Shown: positions 48,578-57,082 of the stretch, one piece after another
Numbering within the stretch: the stretch's first letter is position 1
How the letters are laid out: the number at the start of each line of letters is the position of its first letter
Origin: a virus
Lineage: Duplodnaviria > Caudoviricetes
Length of the DNA stretch: 62,896 nucleotides
Virus record (IMG/VR): IMGVR_UViG_3300041584_000032
Coordinates: 1 to 62,896 of that record
Direction: 5' to 3' (one strand)
Translations under genes and position numbers: made by a program
Notes under the pieces: model-generated
Databases searched by the model: none
What the model was told of the DNA's origin: nothing
The model's input: only the letters and a program-made list of their open reading frames with translations

Positions 48578-49060
48578 TTACCAAAGAGCAATTATGTCTG
48601 ATGCTGTCGTTCCTGTTGAAAATATTTTCAAAACGTTTACAGGAAAAAAAGTTCCCGGTGCAAGGTTTTTAAACTCTAATATGTCATTACCTGAAGTAGT
48701 TACCGACAATGAACCTCCTGAGCCAATGTACAATACACATCCTTGATTACCAAGACCTGTTTGAGGAGATGCTTGAAATATCTTGTATTGGTCTCCTACC
48801 TCAAAAAGACCTCCTGTTAACGTTATTTCACTAGATTCAGTAACACTTAAAACTGTTGAAGCGTTTTGTCTTGTGATATTGTAAACAATATCCCCTGTTT
48901 TTATGTTGTTAGCTATAAAGTTTGCTAAACTATCTATTAAAATCTCAGAACTTGAGTCTGTTGAAGTTCCTTTAGAAATTAATGCAGGAAATGGTATGTC
49001 TGCATCATTAGATACTATTACCTCTAATGCTCTTGATGCTTGTAACTTTTGAGTTGCCAT
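48578..49060 (-). CDS. virion structural protein
   Basis: LYIGSGGSL...GTFFPVNV...TGTTASDIIALW; shares an IKxDDIV/IKTGDIV module with 31556-32506. Confidence 0.6.
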   Translation of the reverse strand: MATQKLQASRALEVIVSNDADIPFPALISKGTSTDSSSEILIDSLANFIANNIKTGDIVYNITRQNASTVLSVTESSEITLTGGLFEVGDQYKIFQASPQTGLGNQGCVLYIGSGGSLSVTTSGNDILEFKNLAPGTFFPVNVLKIFSTGTTASDIIALW

Positions 49061-49061
49061 G

Positions 49062-49244
49062 TTATTTGTTTTTGGTGTTGTAAAACGTTCTGTTAATTAG
49101 TAATTCAGGATTATTCATAGAAGCTTTCCTTGCCTTACAGCCACAGTCTTTTCCAATTGCTTTTGAAACTGATTCTACAACATATTTTATTCCTGTTGAT
49201 TCAGTAATCTTTTCTATTGTATCCCCAAACCCTTTTGATTTCAT
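49062..49244 (-). CDS. small protein with DCGC motif
   Basis: KGFGDTIEKITESTGIK...KDCGCKARK. Confidence 0.7.
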   Translation of the reverse strand: MKSKGFGDTIEKITESTGIKYVVESVSKAIGKDCGCKARKASMNNPELLINRTFYNTKNK

Positions 49245-49434
49245 TTTGTAAAGATATTAATTTTTTTGCAAAAAAAAAGAAGTGCTATTTGCACCTCTTT
49301 AATTTTATTTCCTATAATCCCTGTCCTTGGTTCCCGGTTGAGACTTGTCTTCTTTTACAATCTGTTTAAGCACTTCTGCAGATAAATCTACGTTAGTCTC
49401 TTCAACATTTTTTTTTGGTTTTTTAATTGCCATG

Positions 49435-49662
49435 TTATTTCTTTTTGGTTTTTTTGTTTTCTCTTTCCTCTATGTTTATAGAGCGATTCTCAAGTCTTGC
49501 AGCTTTTTTTAATAACCGCTGCTCTCTTTTTAGCCTGCCCTCATCTGTAGCTTTGTTTGCACGGTTAAGAGCCTTCTCAGATTTTTCACGAACTTTTTCA
49601 GACCTTTTAACTTTCTCGTTAAACTCCGTAGGAGCTAATGGTATAGATGTTCTAGTTATCAT
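49435..49662 (-). CDS. small basic protein
   Basis: K/R/E-rich, 75 aa. Confidence 0.6.
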   Translation of the reverse strand: MITRTSIPLAPTEFNEKVKRSEKVREKSEKALNRANKATDEGRLKREQRLLKKAARLENRSINIEERENKKTKKK

Positions 49663-49779
49663 TTTTTTCTTTTTTTAGTTGGAGTATATCCTACGTTGCC
49701 TTTTAGAAAGCTCATCTTTCCATCTAATGATTTTTTTGACTCGTATTCAGAGGCTTTCTTTTTTACCTTTTTCAAATCG

Positions 49780-49965
49780 TTAGTATGAACTAGTCGATTT
49801 CATGCCTTTCTTTGAAGCCATTGCCATTACTCGCTTTGTATCGCCACCTCCTCCTGAGAGTTTGCTTGAACCTTTTGTCATAGTGGTAGCACTACCTCCT
49901 CCTGTACTAGGCATTTGCATACGAGATGAACCCGGTAGGTTTGGAGTGTCTTTCATTTTGTTCAT
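49780..49965 (-). CDS. small low-complexity basic protein
   Basis: PNLPGSSRMQMP motif, shared with the next ORF. Confidence 0.6.
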   Translation of the reverse strand: MNKMKDTPNLPGSSRMQMPSTGGGSATTMTKGSSKLSGGGGDTKRVMAMASKKGMKSTSSY

Positions 49966-50105
49966 TATTTCTTCTTTATTGTGGCCTTAACCGATTTTGC
50001 TCCCGCTGCTTTAGGGGATGCTTTCATTCCTTTTTTTATAGCAGGTTTTGCTGCCGCCATGGGCATCTTCATTTTTGATGATGCAGGTAAATTTGGTTTT
50101 TTCAT
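49965..50105 (-). CDS. small Lys/Ala-rich protein (46 aa)
   Basis: MKKPNLPASSKMKMPMAAAKPAIKKGMKASPKAAGAKSVKATIKRK*, read by eye. Confidence 0.6.
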   Translation of the reverse strand: MKKPNLPASSKMKMPMAAAKPAIKKGMKASPKAAGAKSVKATIKKK

Positions 50106-50123
50106 TTTTTTAGTATTTAGTGT

Positions 50124-50393
50124 TTATTTCCCGTAATCCCCAAGACCTTTAAGTCCTGATATTTTGATTAATGATTGGCTACTCTTTTTCTTAGCTCTGT
50201 TTGTTTCTTTAGATTTTCTAACCTTTTCATTAGAATCACTTAAAAATTTCTTACGCTCCGAAGCTCTTTTGTTGATGTCATTTAAGGCTGTGCCAATGTC
50301 CGTAACAAGAACAACATCCTCTTTTATATCTTTGTCTTTAGATGCTGCCATTTGCTTCAGATGTTTGCTCATTTGGCATAGTGCCTTCAGCAT
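50124..50393 (-). CDS. small basic protein
   Basis: Likely starts at MAASKDK, overlapping the upstream stop. Confidence 0.55.
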   Translation of the reverse strand: MLKALCQMSKHLKQMAASKDKDIKEDVVLVTDIGTALNDINKRASERKKFLSDSNEKVRKSKETNRAKKKSSQSLIKISGLKGLGDYGK

Positions 50394-50532
50394 TGTTCAT
50401 GTTAGCCATCACGTTTATTTGGTTAATAGCCGCATCTGCTGTTGCTTGATACTTGCTTGCTTGCTGATTAACCGTAAAAGGGATTGGCTCAGGGGTCATT
50501 GCTAATGGAGTGTCGGGGCGTTTTTGATTCAT
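50338..50532 (-). CDS. small hypothetical protein
   Basis: RPDTPLAMTPEP N-terminus; promoter box upstream. Confidence 0.55.
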   Translation of the reverse strand: MNQKRPDTPLAMTPEPIPFTVNQQASKYQATADAAINQINVMANMNNAEGTMPNEQTSEANGSI

Positions 50533-50555
50533 TTTTCTAAGTTCTTTTTAATTAA

Positions 50556-50574
50556 TAACTTTGTAGCAAATGTA
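50556..50574. promoter_or_regulatory. opposed, overlapping TAnnTTTG promoter boxes
   Basis: TAACTTTG on + (50556-50563) and TACATTTG on - (50567-50574), between divergent genes. Confidence 0.6.
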
Positions 50575-50588
50575 ATAAAAAAAATCTA

Positions 50589-51032
50589 ATGAAATCAAAT
50601 GCACATGATTACCTCAAATATTGGAAAGTAATCCGTCAGTATGTAAAAGTAAAATACGGACTAACTCAGTCTGACTTAGATATGCTTTTATTCTTGTACT
50701 CGGAGAAGTATTTTAATAAGGCAAAGTTTGATGAGTTTGATGCTTTGCTTAGTTGGGATAAGTGCCGATTTGAAAGCTTAAGAGAAAAGGGATGGATTGT
50801 TGCTTTTAGAACAAGAGCAGTTGGTAATAAGGCAATATATCAGTTAACGGTAAAGTCCGACTACATGATTAAGTCAATCTACCGAAAACTTAGCGGAGAA
50901 GAAATCCCGGTTAGCCCATCACAGAATAAAATGTTTGCAAAAAACGTATCATATCTTGACAAAGTTTACCAAGATATGATTAAAAGAATGAATGCTGTTA
51001 TAAAACAACAACGACATCTCTCTCAGAAATAA
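50589..51032 (+). CDS. winged-helix (MarR-like) DNA-binding protein
   Basis: YGLTQSDLDMLLFLY...LREKGWI...IYQLT; the only credible plus-strand gene in the late arm. Confidence 0.65.
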   Translation: MKSNAHDYLKYWKVIRQYVKVKYGLTQSDLDMLLFLYSEKYFNKAKFDEFDALLSWDKCRFESLREKGWIVAFRTRAVGNKAIYQLTVKSDYMIKSIYRKLSGEEIPVSPSQNKMFAKNVSYLDKVYQDMIKRMNAVIKQQRHLSQK

Positions 51033-51258
51033 TCGTAAATTGTTTGTCCTCGATTAGCATTGTAAAACCCTGAGCTTTGTCATAGTAGATTTGGTCATCT
51101 TTTTTAATGGCCGGATTTACATCTGTACCTGTCTCGATAATCAAACCACGTTTGTATCTCATTTGATTTACGTCATCTCCTGATAAGATTATCCCTGACT
51201 CTGTTTTTATTTGCTCGTCAATATTTTTTATTGCGATGTACTTTCCGATTGGTTTCAT
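50998..51258 (-). CDS. groES: co-chaperonin GroES
   Basis: MKPIGKYI...KTESGIIL...IETG...ISERDVVVVL; in frame with an upstream hydrophobic segment reaching 51477. Confidence 0.85.
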   Translation of the reverse strand: MKPIGKYIAIKNIDEQIKTESGIILSGDDVNQMRYKRGLIIETGTDVNPAIKKDDQIYYDKAQGFTMLIEDKQFTIISERDVVVVL

Positions 51259-51451
51259 ATTGTAATTTTGTTTAGATTCGTCTTTCCAATTTAACCAAAA
51301 ACCTAAGGCCACAATTATATTCATTCCTAGAGATGAAAGAACCATGGCTAGGTCTTGGTAAATGTTTAAGGTTAAGTGAACGTGCCCTACCACCCAAAAT
51401 GGTATTGATAGATTACACGCTACCCAAATTATTGTAAATCTTAAGAATCTT

Positions 51452-53077
51452 TTAATTTGATTCAGATGATTCTCCATAGCTACGTGCCATTGTTATTGTG
51501 GCATTTGTGCTTAGTATAGATACCGCAACACTAACAGCGTTTTGCAAAGCACTCCGGGTTACTTTCAACGGGTCAATAATTCCCATCTTTACTAAGTCTC
51601 CCATCTGTCCGTTTTTGAGATTGTATCCATGCCCCTGCTCAAGAGGTATATCCCCGTAAATGTCCTTTGCCTTTAGACCTGCGTTTGCAAGTATCTGAAG
51701 GAATGGAGCCATTAAAGCTTCCTTTACAATCATGCTCGCAACGTTTTTCTCTACGGAATGACCTGCTGTTGTGCTTATTACAGCGCTTTCCTCAAGTAAT
51801 GATTTACCTGCTCCCGGAAGTATGCCCTCCTCAAGTGCAGAACGAACCGAACACACAGCATCGTCAACTCTGTCAAATAGCTCCTTTTGGGCTAGGTCTG
51901 TTTGACCTCCAACAAATATCACTCCAATACCCCCTGTTAAAGATGCTATGCGCTCTAGTATGAAGTCTTTCTCGTTTTTCTTGTTTGCGTTCTTATGTGC
52001 CTCCCAAAGCTGAACAACTCTATCAGCAATTACATCTTGATCTGCTTTTAATGCCGACTTAATGATAATGGTTTGGTCTTTGCTCACAATTACTTTTGCT
52101 GCATGGCCTAAATCGTCAAAGTTAATAATGCTGAGGTCATCTCCTGTTTTCTCACTGAAGTATGTCGCCCCAACGCTTATTGCAATGTCGTGCATTAGCT
52201 CATGCTGCTTGTAACCAAATCCCGGAGGTGGTACAATACATATCTTAGCATTTCCCTTCATTACGTTTGCAGCAAAGGTGTTTACAACATTTGAGTTACA
52301 AGGGGATATTATTAATAGCTTTTTCCCCTCGCTAATTACAGGCTTTAATACGTTCTCAATCTGAAGGATATTACTTATCTCCATGTCAGCAACCAATACC
52401 ATCACGTCCTCAAAAACACACTCGTCTCTTTTTTGGTCATTAACAAACATTGGGCTCATGTACCCTCTGTCAAACTTAAGCCCCATGGTGGTCTCCGAAT
52501 AGGTCTCATCTGTTTGGCTCCTCTCCACTGTTACAATACCTGTCTTGCCAACATCTTTATAAACGTCAGCAATTATGCGACCTATCTCTCTATCGTTGTT
52601 TGCAGATATGCTGGCCACCTCAATAAGCATAGAACTTGTAACTTTTTTAGCTCTTCGTTTAAGCCTATCTACAACAGCATTGCTTACATCAACCATAGCA
52701 CGTAAAACCTCTGTTCGATTGTGTTCTTCTTTTATTCTCTCAAGACCTCCCAATACTAATGCCTCTGTAAGTACAATTGCCGTAGTTGTTCCGTCCCCCG
52801 CTGAAGTAGCAGTGCGCTCAGCAGCTTCCTTCATCATCTTAACTGCTAAGTTCTCTAATGGGTCTAGCAACTCAATAGCCTTTGCAACAGTAACACCGTC
52901 TTTTGTTACAGTAATCCCATGTGTGTGATTCGGAGACTCTATCAGAACAGTATTACCTCCCGGCCCTAAAGTGCTTTTTACTGCTTTCGATAGTTTTACT
53001 ACGCCATTTACTAATTTTTTCCTCCCACTATCCCCAAAATGTAAATCCTTTGGGGAATATCCTTGATTTTCTAACAT
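51452..53077 (-). CDS. groEL: chaperonin GroEL
   Basis: STLGPGG, TKDGVTVAK, AGDGTTTA, FDRGY, EEGILPGAG, GIIDPLKVTRSALQNA. Confidence 0.97.
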   Translation of the reverse strand: MLENQGYSPKDLHFGDSGRKKLVNGVVKLSKAVKSTLGPGGNTVLIESPNHTHGITVTKDGVTVAKAIELLDPLENLAVKMMKEAAERTATSAGDGTTTAIVLTEALVLGGLERIKEEHNRTEVLRAMVDVSNAVVDRLKRRAKKVTSSMLIEVASISANNDREIGRIIADVYKDVGKTGIVTVERSQTDETYSETTMGLKFDRGYMSPMFVNDQKRDECVFEDVMVLVADMEISNILQIENVLKPVISEGKKLLIISPCNSNVVNTFAANVMKGNAKICIVPPPGFGYKQHELMHDIAISVGATYFSEKTGDDLSIINFDDLGHAAKVIVSKDQTIIIKSALKADQDVIADRVVQLWEAHKNANKKNEKDFILERIASLTGGIGVIFVGGQTDLAQKELFDRVDDAVCSVRSALEEGILPGAGKSLLEESAVISTTAGHSVEKNVASMIVKEALMAPFLQILANAGLKAKDIYGDIPLEQGHGYNLKNGQMGDLVKMGIIDPLKVTRSALQNAVSVAVSILSTNATITMARSYGESSESN

Positions 53078-53103
53078 TTGATTTGATTTTTATTAGTTAT
53101 CTG

Positions 53104-53111
53104 CAAATATA
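53104..53111 (-). promoter_or_regulatory. TAnnTTTG -7 promoter box for groEL
   Basis: TATATTTG 26 nt before the groEL ATG. Confidence 0.55.
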
Positions 53112-53182
53112 GTATATGTTCTAGTACTTATCCACCACAAAAAGTAATTACCCGTAAGGGTGCTCCACAGAGCTGTGCGCTA

Positions 53183-53365
53183 AATGTCGTTTTTTTTTCC
53201 CTATAGTAGTATATATATATTTACCTTTTATTATTATTTTTTTTAATCTTCTTTCTATTCTTTATTGACATTTTCGACATTAAAAGAATAAATAGTTAGT
53301 AATCAAATAGTTAGAAAAATTAAGTCGTCGCAAAAACGACATAGAATATAACTGAATATGTCGAA
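53183..53365. other. second origin-like AT-rich region with GACAT/ATGTC repeats and an IHF-type box
   Basis: Shares AAAAACGACATA and TATAACTGAAT with 6205-6366; AATCAA-ATAG-TTA at 53301-53313. Confidence 0.45.
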
Positions 53366-53431
53366 TCAATACAAAAAAATAGGGAAACTCCCGAATCCCT
53401 ACTTTTAATCATGCATGACTAATGACGATTT

Positions 53432-53668
53432 CTACATATCGCAACTGCCACTGCCGCCAATCAAACCTCCGCCAATAGCAAAAGCAGTAGACATTGTGTC
53501 GATTTTATCCGCACGATTCATGCTACTCTTAATCCTCGACATTAAAGCAATTCCCGTCTCCCCATCAGGACGATTGTTGATTAACATACCTCCACTAACA
53601 GTTAATCCCGAACGACTCAATGAACCCTTCTCCTGATAAATACTGTTTCCTAAATCTAATCTTCTCAT
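53432..53668 (-). CDS. hypothetical protein, first gene of the minus arm
   Basis: Start at MRRLDLG; TATCTTTG box at 53693-53700. Confidence 0.6.
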   Translation of the reverse strand: MRRLDLGNSIYQEKGSLSRSGLTVSGGMLINNRPDGETGIALMSRIKSSMNRADKIDTMSTAFAIGGGLIGGSGSCDM

Positions 53669-53851
53669 TTTTTTCCCATTTAAAGTGAACAACAAAGATA
53701 GTTTTTTTGATAGATAAGTGTAGTAGTTGGGTATTATGACGTTTTGAGCGCGCGCGGCTACAAAGGAAATCGCTTTTTAAAACAAGGGGTGGGGTACTGC
53801 TTTTGTTTTTTTCGGCTGTTTTTTTTGGCTTTTTACATGGTAACATGGGGG

Positions 53852-53998
53852 CGTGGACGCCCGTGGACGCCCGTGGACGATCATTTTACGTAGGGCCTAC
53901 AGGTACACGCACGCATACACGTACATACGCACAAGCATACACAACATCGCGCTAAACTAGCTTAGATAATATGCACATACTGCGCACATACTGCGCAC
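53852..53998. repeat. short GC-rich tandem repeats at the strand switch
   Basis: CGTGGACG(CC) x3 at 53852-53879; GCACATACTGC x2 at 53973-53994. Confidence 0.8.
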
Positions 53999-54052
53999 AA
54001 TAAATACAACAGGTAACAACAACACCGCGCCCCAATAATATGCGCGTAAATA

Positions 54053-54068
54053 ATGTCTTTGAAGATAC
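54053..54068. repeat. 16-bp palindrome, degenerate copy
   Basis: ATGTCTTTGAAGATAC, 14/16 match. Confidence 0.7.
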
Positions 54069-54325
54069 TTTTTAAACGATGAATAAACATTTACAACTTG
54101 CTTTGAACCACCTTTAAAAAAAACCTTTGTACAAATCGCATAAATTTTACCTCTTGAAACCCTTGTAAACGCTAGAAAAATGAACTTTTAATAAAAAATA
54201 TCAAAAAAAAGTATTGAATTACTTTAGTATTAAACTAAATTTACACTATGAATAAACGAGTAAAACACTAGAAAATAACCTTAACACGCTGATAATCAGC
54301 AATTTAACCCTTAAAACCTTACATT

Positions 54326-54943
54326 ATGAGTAATTTACTAGCTATTGAAACCGCATTCTTAAGGGATGCAAACATAGAAACCGCTTTGGATCTAAGATCC
54401 ATACAAGGACTGCAACGGACGTTAAACAACGGGCAAAAAAAGAAATTCAGTCAAACGCTCGAGCTAGCTAAAAAGGTAGTTTTGGCTGTAGATTGGTTTA
54501 AGAGCGATGCGGGCAAAGCAGCTATGACCGATGCAGGCATTTATTGGACGACTGAACATGTAGGGAATAAAGTTTTCGGATGGCAAAAAAGCTATTTATA
54601 CAAAGTGATAAAGGCAGGAAATTTACCGGACGAAAAAGTAGACAAATTTAACGAGTTATGCGATGAGTGCACGGCAAGCGGTAACGAGCCCAACAGAACT
54701 CTGGAGGGCCTGCTTAAATTCGCAAAAAGCGGTGGAGATGAGGCAAGCGAAGACGGTGGAAATGAGGATAGTGAAGAGGCTCAAATTGAGGTTAGAACTG
54801 CGACTATTTTTACCTTGACATATAAGCGTGATACCGGTAATGTAGCTGTAAGGGTGGACGAAAATAACAAATTAACCACTACGAACACTGACGAAGAAAT
54901 ATTTGAGGCAATCCGATTTTTATCTAATTTAATTGAGCTATAA
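54326..54943 (+). CDS. HTH protein with ParB/Spo0J-like DNA-binding motif
   Basis: WTTEHVGNKVFGWQKSYLYKVIKAGNLP parallels the ParB T-x-E...G-x-S...L-LP pattern. No ParB CTPase motif seen. Confidence 0.5.
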   Translation: MSNLLAIETAFLRDANIETALDLRSIQGLQRTLNNGQKKKFSQTLELAKKVVLAVDWFKSDAGKAAMTDAGIYWTTEHVGNKVFGWQKSYLYKVIKAGNLPDEKVDKFNELCDECTASGNEPNRTLEGLLKFAKSGGDEASEDGGNEDSEEAQIEVRTATIFTLTYKRDTGNVAVRVDENNKLTTTNTDEEIFEAIRFLSNLIEL

Positions 54944-54953
54944 AAAACACAAC

Positions 54954-55868
54954 ATGAATAATACAGGCATAACATATAATATTACAGGCGAAGCAAGCAG
55001 GGGTCGCGTATCTCGATACCACCAAAAGCCGAACGCAAACTTTTTAAATAAATCTAGGCATAAAGTAGACATTTCGGGACTCAAAAAAATCGAGCAAAAA
55101 AACACAATTTTGTTCGATGGTAATGAGTACGAAAGCAAATTTACTGTAGGTTTTGAGGTGGAGAAAAGTCAACTTAGCCGCGGTGCGGTACGTGAATATG
55201 AATTGTTTTGCGGTTTTGAGACCGATAGTAGCTGCGGGTATGAGGCGGTAACTCACGTGTTACCTTTGTTACCTCAGGGCCAGTGGCGAACTAAAGTCTA
55301 CGATATGATGCATAAAGCCGAGCGTATAATCGATGACAGACATAGTCCGAGCGATAAAAAATGCGGTGGACATATCACTGTTGCAGCCGGTGGACTAGGA
55401 GGCATGGAGCTTAATGAATTACTGCGCAAAAATTGCGGTATAATTCACGCTTTGTTTAGACACCGACTAAAAAATATTTATTGTGGATCAAACAGACGTA
55501 TGCAAAATAGGGCTGATGATAATTTCAATAGTGCAACAGGTGGTTGTTACCGGTCTACAGAATGTCATTGGAAATATCAAACGGTGTTAGTCAAAGGTAA
55601 CTGCGTAGAGTTTAGAGTCCCGTCCAAATTTGAGAGCGTTAAACAGATGATGAGACGGTACGAGCTGTTTTATGAGCTTATTAATTTTAGCGTAAACAAA
55701 CCGAACGGGACGTTCAAGAGTTTCTTAAAAATCATTAAGCCGATTGTGATTTCTATGTACAACGGGGACGAGGACAAAGCAAATGATATTTTAGCGCTCG
55801 CGGCAAGTTTTCAAGTTTTCATTAATACCGGTACTATCGCTGATGACATAGAGAAATTTCTAAACTAA
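54954..55868 (+). CDS. putative amidoligase (COOH-NH2 ligase, glutamine-synthetase fold)
   Basis: TVGFEVE, TDSSCGYEAVT, CGGHITV, VEFR. Confidence 0.85.
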   Translation: MNNTGITYNITGEASRGRVSRYHQKPNANFLNKSRHKVDISGLKKIEQKNTILFDGNEYESKFTVGFEVEKSQLSRGAVREYELFCGFETDSSCGYEAVTHVLPLLPQGQWRTKVYDMMHKAERIIDDRHSPSDKKCGGHITVAAGGLGGMELNELLRKNCGIIHALFRHRLKNIYCGSNRRMQNRADDNFNSATGGCYRSTECHWKYQTVLVKGNCVEFRVPSKFESVKQMMRRYELFYELINFSVNKPNGTFKSFLKIIKPIVISMYNGDEDKANDILALAASFQVFINTGTIADDIEKFLN

Positions 55869-55891
55869 AAAAAGCGCCCAACTCGGGCGCT

Positions 55892-55940
55892 CCGTCTCAA
55901 GGTATTCGCCTTGACTGATGAGTCCATAAGGACGAAACGG
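55892..55940 (+). ncRNA. type III hammerhead ribozyme 1
   Basis: CCGTC^TCAAGG-TATTCG-CCTTGA CTGATGA GTCC-ATAA-GGAC GAAA CGG; predicted cut after 55896. Confidence 0.95.
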
Positions 55941-55959
55941 TAACATTAAATTTTTTACT

Positions 55960-56049
55960 ATGAGCACGATTAAAAAAATGAGTTTCTATTACAAGTTCTG
56001 CATAGTGTTTTTGCTTTACTTTTTTCTACAGGTAATTTTTAGATCTTAA
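55960..56049 (+). CDS. 29-aa single-TM peptide
   Basis: MSTIKKMSFYYKFCIVFLLYFFLQVIFRS*; same leader as the 57819 ORF. Confidence 0.6.
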   Translation: MSTIKKMSFYYKFCIVFLLYFFLQVIFRS

Positions 56050-56271
56050 GGCTATGAGGTTCTTTTCAATTTTTTTCAAGGTAGTATTCGGTTTTTCTAC
56101 TTTGTTTTTCCTTTGGTTTTGTTGTCTAATTGGATGACATTGGATACGTGGCAAATAGGTTTTGTCATAGGTGTAAGCCTGACAAGTTTATACGGTTTTT
56201 CTTTACTACTTTATTTTGACATAGAGGATGATAGTAGGGACGACTAAATTTCGAGAAGGGCGAGAGCCCTT

Positions 56272-56320
56272 CCGTCTCAGGGTATTTGCCCTGACTGATG
56301 AGTCTATGAGGACGAAACGG
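56272..56320 (+). ncRNA. type III hammerhead ribozyme 2
   Basis: CCGTC^TCAGGG-TATTTG-CCCTGA CTGATGA GTCT-ATGA-GGAC GAAA CGG; compensatory change in stem I; cut after 56276. Confidence 0.95.
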
Positions 56321-56342
56321 TAACCGAAATAAAATCTACAAC

Positions 56343-56513
56343 ATGAGCAACACGACAAACAAAGTGTCTTTGAAGACACAAACCACAGAGGCTTACAGGT
56401 TCCACGTATGGATGGAGCGCATTAACAGTTTACATTTAGCCGATATTCAGGCGATGGACAGAGCGTTTTTAAAAGTAGAGGATGACTATATAGCTTTTTC
56501 AAACCGCTTGTAA
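56343..56513 (+). CDS. small hypothetical protein (56 aa)
   Basis: MSNTTNKVSLKTQTTEAYRFHVWMERIN...; read by eye. Confidence 0.6.
   Translation: MSNTTNKVSLKTQTTEAYRFHVWMERINSLHLADIQAMDRAFLKVEDDYIAFSNRL
56364..56379. repeat. 16-bp palindrome, copy 5
   Basis: Exact copy inside the 56-aa ORF. Confidence 0.95.
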
Positions 56514-56531
56514 CGCCCGTGAACACAGGGA

Positions 56532-56588
56532 AAGTAAAAATAAGTGAAAATAAATTAGGCAGTGTCGATTACTCGTTCTATATTTGTC
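56532..56588 (+). promoter_or_regulatory. early promoter, copy 1 of a 57-bp duplicated element
   Basis: AAGTAAAAATAAGTG...TAAATTAGG...TATATTTG (56579-56586); colinear with 58108-58164. Confidence 0.75.
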
Positions 56589-56627
56589 TAATCTAAGTCT
56601 AATAATAACAATCTAAAACAAAACACA

Positions 56628-57071
56628 ATGAGAAGATTTGAAAACGCAGCAGTAAAATTGTACAACGCCTTTAACAATGGTACACTAGACCAAAATAAAT
56701 GCACGGCTTGCGCAGTCGGCAATTTGTTGGGTCATGCCTTTTGGACAGGCAGTGCAAACATAACAACAGAATTAATTGAAGGAGTAAGAACGGTACAACC
56801 ACTTACGAGGAATTTAATAAGAATGCATAAAGACCATAGCATTAAAGAACTAGTCGAGAACACGAGCGAGTACACTATTGAGGAACTAAGCAAAATCGAG
56901 CAGACTTTTTTGGATAGTTTTGTCGGGCTGAACTACAACGAAGAGAAAAGCAAAGACAACCAATACAATGCACTAATGGCAGTGCTAGAATACCTAGCGG
57001 AACTAGACAACATTGAAGTGCCGGAGGTAACAGTAAATGAATTTCAAAGAGTATTACAAAATAACAATTAA
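56628..57071 (+). CDS. hypothetical protein
   Basis: RFENAAVKLYNAF...CTACAVGNLL. Confidence 0.75.
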   Translation: MRRFENAAVKLYNAFNNGTLDQNKCTACAVGNLLGHAFWTGSANITTELIEGVRTVQPLTRNLIRMHKDHSIKELVENTSEYTIEELSKIEQTFLDSFVGLNYNEEKSKDNQYNALMAVLEYLAELDNIEVPEVTVNEFQRVLQNNN

Positions 57072-57082
57072 AATCAAAAGAC

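Noticed and set aside
51452-53077. groEL as evidence of host chromosome or a prophage boundary
   Set aside because: Divergent sequence lacking the GGM tail, embedded among phage genes on both sides.
13582-53077. Stop-codon recoding as in some crAss-like phages
   Set aside because: Structural genes are long and intact in the standard code, and TAA, TAG and TGA all end genes.
55505-55850. Extra CTGATGA matches near 55513 and 55840
   Set aside because: Inside the amidoligase CDS with no stem II or GAAA following, so not hammerheads.
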